DNA of 64,000 nucleotides from Macrostomum lignano (lineage: Eukaryota): positions 1 through 64,000 of the forward strand of contig NIVC01001407.1 in the NCBI GenBank assembly GCA_002269645.1, in the 5' to 3' direction. The translations under genes were made by a program, and so were the position numbers. Below, in pieces: positions 33,355 to 60,159 of this stretch. Each line of letters starts with the position of its first letter. Position 1 is the stretch's first letter. The notes below the pieces were generated by a model. It was not told the DNA's origin, did no database searches, and worked only from the letters and a program-made list of their open reading frames with translations.

Positions 33355-35933
33355 ATGGGGAACGCTTGGAGTGTATCCATGGAGATGGAGCGGAAGCTGA
33401 GAGCGACACTGGAGGCTGGAGACAGCGAAGAGCTGCAGCGACTGTGCGGTGAGGTCGGCAGCAACATCGAGCTGGAGGTGGGCGGGTTCGACAAGCAAGA
33501 CTTTCCTTTTGAAGAGCTTCGCAAAATGCCGCTGGTCCATCACGTGGCCTGCAAGCCGGTGAGATTGTCGTGCCTGGAGCTGCTGATTGACAGATTCGGA
33601 CCCGGATGTCTGAAATTCAGAAATGGTAGGGGTGAGACTCCAGTTCACTTAGCAGCCCAGCATCAGGACGAGTCTTGGATGAAGCTGGTTAAAGAGAAGG
33701 GAGGCCGAGGTTGCTTGAGAATTGTCGATAGATGGGGAAAGAGAGTTGCTCACTTTGCCGCTGGGAACAGAAAAAGCAACTCTTGTCTGAAATGGCTGGT
33801 GAAGGAAGTCGGCAGCGACTGTCTCACAGTTCCTGACAAAGATGGTAACATGGCGGTCCATTTGGCCGCTCAGCATCAGGGCATCGAGTCGCTGGAGTGG
33901 ATCAAGAAACAGATTGGAACTGACTGCTTTCGGCTAAAGACAAAGAGTGATAGAACAGCATTTCACATTGCTGCTCAGAAGTCTGACAATTCAAATCTAA
34001 AGTGGCTGGTGAAGGAGCTCGGCAGCGAGTGTCTCACAGTTCCTGACAGAGACGGTGACACGGCCGTCCATTTTGCCACGAAGCATCAGGGCATCGAGTC
34101 ACTGGAGTGGATCAAGAGACAGATCGGAACAGACTGCTTTCGGCTAAAGTCAAACAGTGGTACAGCATCATTTCATTTTGCTGCTCAGAAGTCTGAAGGT
34201 TCAAATTTGGAGTGGCTGGTGAAGGAGCTCGGCAGCGACTGTCTCACAGTTCCTGACTGTTGGTGCTGTGACACGGTCGTCCATTGGGCCGCTCAGCATC
34301 AGCCAGTCGACTCTCTTCAGTTCATTTTTGACCAAATCGGAGCCAAAATGTTCAGCTTGATGAACATGTGGGGCAGAACACCGGCTGATGCTGTTGAGAG
34401 TCGGCGGTGCCACACAGACCGGTCAGCAAAGCGGCAATGGATTTCCTCCACGCAGCGGCGGCTCGAAGCCTCTCAGCCTCCCGCTGGCAGCTCAGCGCCG
34501 ACTGCCGCCTCAGCTGGGTGAGTCCTGACTGAGAGCTGCTGCCTGACACTCAAAATGAGAATGAGTAGAAAAAATGATGCGGTAAATTTCGAGTAGCTTA
34601 AAGATCGTTATACTTTCATTCTACTCTTTAAGTCATTTAAGTCATCGTACTCAGGTCGAATTTAAGTACAAATTTAGCAAAATCCCTCATACATTTTCCC
34701 TCATTCGCCCCCACAGAGCTGCAGCTCCGCGTCCCCGCCCGCGAGCTCGGGACCGCGTCGAGCCGCCGCCTGGACCGACTTCGGCATCCGAGGTGGAACC
34801 GCCTGAGGAGACTCGGTGAGTCCGCGCTTAAAATATGGTGGCACAGAATGGTGGGGACGCAGAAGGGTGGTGACGCAGAAGGCTGAGTGACTCCAAAGTA
34901 CTCAGAAAGCCCCAAGCCACACAAAATTTAACGAATTCCTTCACCTCATATTTTCAGCGTCAGGAAGCAGCTGGACCCCAACTTCACCGACTGGGACTTC
35001 ATCCGGCAGGACAACAAGAAGCAGCTCATCGGCCGTGGTGGATTCGGCAAGGTGTACAAGGCTCTCACAGACCGCAACCAGACGGTGGTGTCAAAAAATT
35101 ACCACTGAGCCATGCGAGGCAAGCTGCAGGGAAACTGAAGATAATTCTGATGGAGAAGCGGGGAGTTGAGATCCTCCAGCGATTTTCACATCCCAACATT
35201 GTGCAGTTCCTCAAGTGCGAGCAGAAGTCGGATGGGCTGTACATCTTCACCGAGCTGGTCTCGGGTCACAGCCTCTTTGAGCTGATGCAGCGTCAGAACA
35301 AGCCGTTCAAGGAGTCCGGGGTCAGGGACTTCTCCAGACAGGTGCGTGTCTGGGCTCTCTGGGATTGTGTGGCATGGGATCAGTGTGGGATCAGTGTGGG
35401 ATCAGTGTGTTGGCATCCAAAATTAATAGTTGCAACTTTATCTGCAGATCTGCTCAGGTCTGAACTTCCTGCACTGCAATCTGGAGGGCGCCATCTTGCA
35501 CCGGGATATAAACTGCAACAACGTGATGCTCACCAACGAGGGCGTCATCAAGCTGATCGACTTCGGTTTGGCCAAGGAGGTCGGGAAGAGCAGCGGTCTG
35601 AGCACAGGCTTCGGTCCAAAAGGCACCACCTACTTCATGGCTCCGGAGCTGTTCGACATAGAAGTCCAATCACTTCCGTACTCAGCCAAGACCGACGTGT
35701 GGGCCTTCGGCTGCACCGTGTATGAGATGACGGCCATGCAGCCTCCTGATGGGGACAAGCCAAGTGAAAGTATTAACATTCGAAGATTGATGAAGCAGGA
35801 GATGCCTCGGATTGCGGACGGGTTCTCAGCCGGCCTGAAGGACTTCTACCTCAGGTGCGTAGACTATGACCCGAGGGAGCGAGCGGACACCGCGGAGCTG
35901 CTGCGGCACAGCTTCCTGAGTGCCTCATCGTGA
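33355..35933 (+). pseudogene. Ankyrin-repeat + kinase gene, copy B; 1-bp deletion in the VAVK codons (pseudogene, truncated ~470-aa product, or assembly indel)
   Basis: Exons 33355-34517, 34717-34815, 34958-35341, 35448-35933, with the same intron positions as copy A. GTG G-T GTC (35085-35092) versus GTG GCT GTC in A gives a premature TGA at 35106-35108. Catalytic loop reads HRDINCNN. Confidence 0.8.
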
Positions 35934-36904
35934 CTGCGAGATCACATTATCACATTTTGTCTGTTGATACTATAAACATTGTACGATTTATTAGGTAGTT
36001 AGTATAAGCAGTTTAAGTAGCAGGTACATATACATACATACATGTACATACTGGTAGATCGGAAGAGCTCTGGCAGTGAAAATTAAAAAAAATGTATGGC
36101 CCAATGCGTAACATTCAGGCTTTAATTGTTTTTCATCTGCTTACCTGTACTTTAATTTAATTTTATTTTAATTCTAACTCTAGCCCCACAGACAGCCCTA
36201 CAGACACTTTATTGGTTCACTGCTTAATCAATCAAAAACAAATTTACACTTCACAAAGGTAAATAAGTAAATTTGCTTATATTTTAGGTCTCTTTAATGA
36301 GTTACAATAATTTACAGTCGAACGACTTTTTGGACCGGAAAGATGACGATTTTGTTATATTTATAACACTTTTATGAATGCGTTCAAATCGAACACTTGA
36401 GTTTGACAAGTAGCAATGGAAAAATGGTTGATTCGTTTGCAAATTATATTCAAAATTATTACAAACAGTTAACGGCAGTTCAGTGCACTTTTAATTTATC
36501 TCATTCTGGTAAATATAGATATAGATGGCGTCGCATGGTATACTGCACTTAAAACTTGACACTGTGAGACCATTGCTATAACAAAACAAAACAGTCTTTA
36601 TGACAATGTTCAGAGGCACATCAAACGGTTTAATATCGGGATTATCTGTGTTGTCCGTCTAACTGGCTAATCAACTTTCGATACATATCAAATATTAAAA
36701 CAAACACACTTTACACTACTGTCAGCATGTGAACTGATTGCTTGCTAAAAACAAAAAAAAGTTGGTGCCAATGAAAGGAAATTGTGAAACAGCTAGTATT
36801 CTGAAATCCTTGGAGACACACAAAAACAGTAAGAAAACTGGTTCTGTGCTGTCGGAGCAAATTTCAAGGCACAGAGAGGAATGAAGACTCCGGTTGAAGG
36901 CGAC

Positions 36905-37170
<266 letters not shown>

Positions 37171-37329
37171 AGGTCAGAACTAAAACTAAAAGCAGATTAG
37201 CAAAATGAGTACATTATCAAACATGAAGCAGTAGGCAGTGAAGAGCCGCACAGCCCAGTGCAGGTGTGATGGATGCGGCAGCAGAAGACTCGCAGTTATG
37301 CATGTCAGCACAAGCCCGCAGTTTCACTC

Positions 37330-40300
37330 TCACGCAGAGTCAACGGACTCCAGAAACACCAGCTGCTCAAAAGGAAACGCAGCCGACATCTGATTGCCAG
37401 TGAGTCTCTGCAGACCCTGCGACTTCACCGAGTAGGACGCGTCCAAATTCTTTTTGAGGAAGCTGTACACCTCATCGTAGCTGAAGCCGTTGAGCTCAGC
37501 GGCATGCCGGCACTGATCCCGCAGCTTCTGCAGCATCGTCTCCCGACCCTCCCGGCCAAACACCCGCTCGGTGGCGACGTCTGTCCGGTTCTCGAAGGTT
37601 CTTTCAAGCCGGCCGCCGCGGGTGCCGCCGAGGCCACCGCTGCCGAGTGCACCGTCCAGCTCCTTAGCGAATTTCAGCGTCACCTGGACGTTGTCTTCGT
37701 CGTCGTCTTCGTAGTCGTCGAAGTCGTCTTCGAAATCGGCCATGGCCTGTTTTTGGGACAATGGAGGCGGTTCGCAATCAATGTTTGTGGACTAGTTACA
37801 TTGTCGAAAGTGTACACTCATCAATATGCTAAATTTTCCATCCTGAAACCAGGTAGACCTGACTGTAGCTACATGTATAACCTCATGTAAAAGATGTAAA
37901 TAAAATGAAATCAAATGTAAATGTAAAAGATGTAGATGTAAGAATTTTTTTACTTTTTCATTGCCGATTAGATAAAAAAATTAAATGTCATTTTGTTTTG
38001 AAATTTGACACTATTAAATGACATCAGTTTCTTTTAATTTGTTAGAATTTTTTGTCAGAATGGTTTGAAATGGTTCAATCTCGCCTCTTTCCTCAATCGC
38101 GCACTCCACCCCTCCTTTCTAGATAAGACAAGGAGGCGAGATTGAAGAGCCAATCAGAAGGCAGCGATGGATAGAGAGAGAGAAAAATAACAAGACTGAA
38201 CCAGACAGATACGGAGACTCGAGAGAAATAGAGTAAACAGAGACAAGTGCAGATGAACTAAAAAATGACTAAGACAGTCGTGACAGGTCCTGTACATATT
38301 TGGAAACTATCGAAAATTTTCTGCCGATTTTCTAAAAATTTTGATGTTCCCCGGGCCCCGTTTTTTGGGGAGTGTCGATTTCATATCTCTATGACTTATC
38401 ACCAATAATTCTACGCTATAAAGTTCTATGCTATTCTATGCTATGCTATATAAAGTGACTAAAATCAAAATTAGTCCAGCACCTGATAGTAGGTGTCAGC
38501 CAGCTCTTCATTCTCCATGGCGGCCTCTTTAAAACTGCCAGCCCTATTCATCTGCTGATAGAGGTCAATTTTCATCGGCGTGATGGGCCGCTCGTCTCTG
38601 CTTGAAGCCACGGCAGTTGGCCGAGTCGGCTGCCGTCGAGCCAGACTGGCCGGCACCAGATCGTCTTCCTCGTCGCTGTCATCCCCGTCATTGCCGTAAT
38701 AGTCTTCTTCAGAATCTCGGCGACCTTCATTGTGGCGAGGCTCGTAGTCATGCGACTCCCAAGCGGTGTGCTTCTGCTGTTGCCTCTGCTGCTGCTGCTC
38801 CTCCAAGAAGCGTTGGTTCCGCACTGGCAGGTCGTCTTGCGGCTGAGGAAACGCCGTTCTGCCTTCGCTGCCGCTCGGTCGAAAAGTCCGATTGCCGAAC
38901 TTCTTAGCCAGCTCGGCGTTTCTACGGCTCGTCTCGGCGGCCTGTGTGGCCAGCTCTCTGGCGCGGTCGTCTGCCTCGCGTTGCTTTCGCAACAGCATCT
39001 TCTGGTGCGGGCTGAGGGCATTGAAGTCTCCACCGGCCTGGCCGGGTCCCTTGACCTTCTGCCGTACCGTGTCGCTGTTGGGCTTCAGAGTGACTTCAGC
39101 GGCAGCCGCTGCGGCCGCCGCCATCGCTCGGGATTCGAACTCCAGACTGTTGAGCGTTGGTTTCTCCTGCAGCACGGATAGTAGGTTTTTGCTTTCGGCT
39201 TCGTTGATTGTCTCCTCCATCAGCAGCTGTTGCTGCCGGTTGCCACCGCTCTGAGACTCAACAGCCTCGCGCAGGCTCTGCATCTGCTCGCGTATGAACG
39301 GCTCTTTGAGCACCTCTCTGGCGCTGAGTCGGTCCTGCGGATCTTTGGCTAGCATCTTCTCCAGAACCGCCTGCAGCTCGGGAGGGTAGCGGTCTGGGAT
39401 CACCGGGCAGGGGTTGCCACAGATGCTGAACAGAATCCCCATCAGACCAGCGCCTTTGAATGCGTGCTCCAGGGCGCACATCTCGTATAGAATGCAGCCG
39501 ACACTCCAAATGTCGCTTTTGGCGTTGTAGCCTGGAACAGGTCGGGGCGGGTGGGAATAGAGAATGAATTTGGGTGAGAGTAGAGAATGAATGGAGGTGA
39601 GAATAGAGAATGAATGGGATGAGAATGGAGAATGAATGGAGGTGAGAAAAGAGAATGAATGGGGGTGAGAATAGAGAATGAATGGGAGTGAGAATAGAGA
39701 ATGAATGGGAGTGAGAATAGAGAATTAATGGAGGGGAGAATAGAGAATGAATAGAGGTGAGAATAGAATGAATGGGAGTGGGAATAGAGAATGAATGGGG
39801 TGAGAATAGAATGAATGGGAGTGGGAATAGAGAATGAATGGGGTGAGAATAGAGAATTAATGGAGGTGGGAATAGATAATGTATGGGAGTGAGAATAGAG
39901 AATGAATGGGAGTGAGAATAGGGAATGAATGGGAGTGAGAATAGAGAATGAATGGGAGTGAGAATAGAGAATGAATGGGAGTGAGAATAGAGAATGAATG
40001 GGAGTGAGAATAGAGAATGAATGGGAGTGAGAATAGAGAATGAATGGGAGTGGGAATAGAGAATGTATGGAGGCGAGAATAGAAAATGAATGGAGGTGAG
40101 AATAGAGAATGTATGGAGGTGAGAATAGAGAAAGAATAGAGGTAAGAATAGAGAATGAATGGGGAAGTAGATGGCACGCCGCAGATCTCCCCAGCTCACC
40201 CTCATGCTTGAGCAGTTCCGGACTCATAAAGTACGGCGTGCCAAGAAAAGTTGACGCCATATCGGAGTTGCTCATCAGCACCCTCGAGATGCCAAAGTCG

Positions 40301-41454
40301 CCAATTTTCACTGTGCCACTTTTCAAAAATATGTTTTTAGTTTTCAAATCTCTGTGCAAAATTCGTCGACCGTGCAAATAGTCAACGCCTAGTAGGATTT
40401 GGATGAACCATCGGATGGTGGTTTGCACCGGTAGGTTGTGTCCTGCCTGTTTCAGACGGCTGATGCACTGGTCCAGGTCGCCTTCGTCGCAGTACTCGGT
40501 CACGATGCAAAACGACGGCGGCTCTGCGTTGTTTTTGTCGAAAAAAGAATCAATAAAAATCGGAGGCCACAAGTGGACAGTCAAATTCTACTTTCAAGGT
40601 CACTTAAGGCGGAATCATTTTCAACGTAATTAAGCGGAAATTTCTTTCAAGGTCACACAAGTGAAAACCATCCTACTTTCAAGGTCGCTTAATAGGAAAT
40701 CCTATATTCTTTCAAGGTCGGTTACCGGAAAATTCTACTTTTAAGGTCAACTTTACTGGAAAGCCTTTACTTTCAAGGTCGCTCAACGGGGAATCCTACT
40801 TTTAAGGTCGCGCAACGGAATTCCTGACTCCAAGGTCGCTCGACGGAAAATCGTACTTTCAAGGTCACTTAGCGGGAAATCCTAGCTCGTACTTTCAGGG
40901 ACACAGCGAAAATCCATCCTTAGCTACTTTTAATTTCACTCAAAAGAGAATCCTCACTTTCAAGGTCACTTAATGGAAAAGTCCACCCATGATGTCATCA
41001 AATGAAAAAATCTCACTTTCCATGCTACTGAATGGCGAGGAAATCCTACTTATAAGATTGCCCAACGGGAATCCCGATTTCAAGGTCACCGGTTTGTAAA
41101 ATTTACTGCCACGAGGAATCCCAATCTTTTTTCAGGGAAAAGTTGTTTTTAAAGGAAAACAAATACTTAATGAGCCAACCTACCCATAAAACAATTGTAA
41201 AACTTCAGAATAGCTGAGTGATCAAGCTTTCCAAGCAGCTTGGCCTCGTGCACAACTTCCAGAGTTTCATCCGGGTCAACTTCACCAATTTGAACTTCTT
41301 TCAGCACTTTGAATTTCTCTTCCGAGCTGCGCAAATCTTCAACAAGGTGCACCGTGCCGAAAGCGCCTTTGCCAATTTGGCGAACCACGCGATAGCGGTT
41401 GCTAAGGACGCGAGTCTTCGGCGTCTGGGTTGTGTCGGTTGTTGCAGTGGACAT
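37330..41454 (-). CDS. NEK11: NIMA-related kinase NEK11 (~686 aa)
   Basis: Exons (minus strand) 41454-41184, 40523-40200, 39531-38483, 37746-37330; 2061 nt with consistent phases. Motifs: GKGAFGTVHLV, KVLKE..IGEVDPDET, FCIVTEYC, WFIQILLGVDYLH.RRILHRDLKTKNIFLK, GTPYFMSPE.LKHEGYNAKSDIWS; C-terminal ..YDEVYSFLK...FEQLVFLE as in NEK11. Confidence 0.92.
39553..40168. repeat. 23-bp minisatellite (GAGAATAGAGAATGAATGGGAGT)n filling NEK11 intron 2
   Basis: 23-bp period; occupies ~92% of the 668-bp intron. Confidence 0.96.
40586..41090. repeat. Old degenerate ~29-bp tandem array with conserved core CTACTTTCAAGGTC(A/G)
   Basis: ~15 diverged units in NEK11 intron 1; core retained, flanks variable. Confidence 0.8.
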
Positions 41455-42993
41455 GAGTGTTGGATATTTTCTACATGCAATAAAATGGATGATTTAATTT
41501 TTATTTCAGAAAAATATCTATAGATCCTCTCTAGTTTAAATGCTAATAGTTCGTTTTTTCTATAAAAGTTACAATCTAGCCAATTAGGATTTCAAATAAT
41601 ATATTCAAATTATAGACACAAATTATTATGTAATTCATTTGTGTAAGAGAAAATTGTGGCTTTCTATATATCACAGCTTCACAAGGTCCAGTGAACTTAA
41701 TTAAATCCAAATCGTAGTAGTTGTCATGCAATAAAGTATCTAAAAGTTTTGAAAGTAAAAATTGCAACAATTAAAAGATATGTTCTTTTCACACAGGTGA
41801 TATTTTAAAAATACTTAGATATTGATGATAAACTAAAAATTCATATATACTTGCGTTTTTTCAACTTTAGAAAATATATATGCATATGATTTTTTAGCCT
41901 TAGCTAAAGACATGATAATATAAACCAACGAAAGTAGCATTTAAATAAATTGCCTCAAGAAGGCAATACTTTTACTTGAACACAATACTTACAAGTTACA
42001 AGTTACAATCAGAAAGATAATTATTTCATTTATATACATTTCTCGCATTATTGCATGAAATACAAGTAAGCGGTTATCTAACCATCAAAAAAAGTAACAA
42101 TTTTAGAAAATTTCTGTTTATGACTGAACTTCATTGAAGGGTTCGGTATGGAATGGACATGATTAGATCAAAATTAGCTGAATCGAGGCTATGATTTTGA
42201 TGAAAATAGCGCATATTGAGAGCTTTTACAATTTCTAAAGCAAAATAACTAGGCGAAAAATACATTTCCTACTTCCTATAGAATATCTAGCACGCCGGTG
42301 CCGAATAAATAAGCTCTCATTCGGTTGGTAAACTTTCTAAAAATGGGTCCAAAAGACCGCGTTTAAAATTGCTACTGACTCAATATGAAAACTGACGCAG
42401 AGAAACAAAGTTTTGTTGACGATGTTTTTCAGTAAAATTAATCTTTTTATATAACTTATTTTAAAACTTTAAGAAATTTTAACTGTTTAATTGTACAATT
42501 ACAGCAAAATTTAACACGAATGCTAAAAAGGTTGATGCACGAATTTAGTCTCGTTGAATAGTTCTGTTTTTTCTACGTTTCAGAATATTTTATAACTATA
42601 TGGTCATATGATTTGACACAGGTTTATCATTATAGTGCTCAGTAAAATAACTTTTATGAGCTCGGGTCAAATATAGCTTTGTTGGTAGAAGCAATAAATA
42701 CACTTTGTGGTAAGTTTAAAAGTTTTTTGTCTTTACATACAAATGTACTAATTATCTGACATTGTACGAAACGTTCGTTTCGTAGACTAATCTCTAAGTC
42801 TCGACTCTCGACTACATAACGTAGAGTGTTACTTCTTTTCATAATAAGATTATAACTCTACATATAACGACATCAGTCAGTCATTACATGAATTTTTTCT
42901 AAGACAAGCATTAGTTAATCGCTGATCACCATCAATGCTTCAAGAACATCGCTTATTACTTTTTCAGCCAAAAAATCTGTCAGTAAAATTACG
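41455..42993. promoter_or_regulatory. AT-rich intergenic region between divergent NEK11 and KIF28-like start codons (probable shared promoter region)
   Basis: ATGs at 41454 (-) and 42994 (+) are 1.54 kb apart; positional inference only. Confidence 0.5.
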
Positions 42994-58561
<15,568 letters not shown>

Positions 58562-58672
58562 CAGGCAGTTTGTCGTCATCTCGTTCCTCCGTTTTTATTG
58601 ACAACGAATTAACAAATATAAATACATGTACAAGCTGCATTCCTCTATTGGTTAAACAGTAAGCCTTTAGAT

Positions 58673-59290
58673 ACTCTAGAATCGCCTCCCCCAATCGATG
58701 ACGTCACTCTATAATCGCCCCCAATCGATGACGTCACTCTAGAATCGCCCCTAATCGATGACGTCACTCTAGAATCGCCCCCAATCGATGACGCCACTCT
58801 AGAATCGCCCCCAATCGATGACGTCACTCTAGAATCGCCCCCAATCGATGACGTCACTCTAGAATCGCCCCCAATCAATGACGTCACTCTAGAATCGCCC
58901 TTAATCGATGACGTCACTCTAGAATCGCCTCCAATTAATGACGTCACTCTAGAATCGCCCCCAATCGATGACGCCACTCTAGAATCGCCCCCAATCGATG
59001 ACGTCACTCTAGAATCGCCCCCCAATCAATGACGTCGCTCTAGAATCGCCCTTAATCGATGACGTTACTCTAGAATCGCCCCCAATCGATGACGTCACTG
59101 TAGAATCGCCCTCAATCGATGACGTCACTCTAGAATCGCCCCCAATCGATGACGTCACTGTAGAATCGCCCTCAATCGATGACGTCACTCTAGAATCGCC
59201 CCCTCTTACCGATTGCGCCACTCTAGAATCGCTCCCTGTGGATGGCGCCACTCTAGAATCGCTCCCTGTGGATAGCGCCACTCTAGAATC
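58673..59290. repeat. 30-bp minisatellite (CTCTAGAATCGCCCCCAATCGATGACGTCA)n
   Basis: ~20 copies beginning ~110 bp after the kinesin stop. Confidence 0.96.
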
Positions 59291-60159
59291 TATATTTTCT
59301 GCAAGCGCGAATGTTCCTAACTCTTTCTTTTACTTTGTAATTTCTGCAAAAAATCGCTATCAGTTTGGCAAGTGCAAAAAGCTCTCCCACAGATTTCAGA
59401 GTCGCGGATATTATCTGTGTTCAATACAGTTTTTTTAATCACTAGAATTGATGTAAACTTTACGGTGTTTTAAACGATAGATTGTTTCCTAAATTGCTGA
59501 ATATTTTTTCCACTTGTGCCTTCTTGGATTGTATTGCTTTTCTGTCTCGAGAATTTTTTCGAGATTTGTACCGAATTTCGGTTAAAATATTACCATTGAT
59601 ATAAATATAAATATAATAAGATACGAGTTTTGAGAGATTTTTTACTTATTCACTATCATAGTCTGTCTCTGAATCCTAACTGAAGAAATAAATAATTTTA
59701 CAACCATTTCGTTTAACGACTGTTCCGAAAATGTGTTTTAATGACATAATTTTTTTAAATCGCAGGATTTCTTAGAATCTCACAAAGAAACACGTTTGCA
59801 TACGTTTAAAATTTATAATATCAAATATTGCTTTTTTATTTGTCAACATCGTACGAGAATTTCCGCGTGAGAATGTCGAATAGTGTTATAAATTATTAGT
59901 ACACGGAAAGCAAAAATATACTGTATGCACATTATGCTACGTTTTTGTTAACCAAACCTTGCCTATGAATAACTATTGTTCCAAAGTTTACAAACTCAAC
60001 AGTGAATCATTTGTTGCTACTAAATTATTCTAGTATCTCTGCATTAGGAAAGACTTGCTGGAAAAAAGTGGAAAATATGAAGATTTTCGAAAGCTGACGG
60101 AATTAAAAGATTATACTATTGCCATCTGCTTTTAGGGACGTAAAGAATGCGGCAAATGA

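Noticed and set aside
37273-37890. Plus-strand 205-aa ORF and other antisense ORFs (16579, 17966, 18150, 23354, 38602, 38732, 55711)
   Set aside because: Shadows of GC-rich coding exons on the opposite strand.
40586-41090. Conserved core plus variable spacer pattern resembling a CRISPR array
   Set aside because: Units are degenerate tandem copies with related 'spacers', they sit in a spliceosomal intron, and there are no cas genes.
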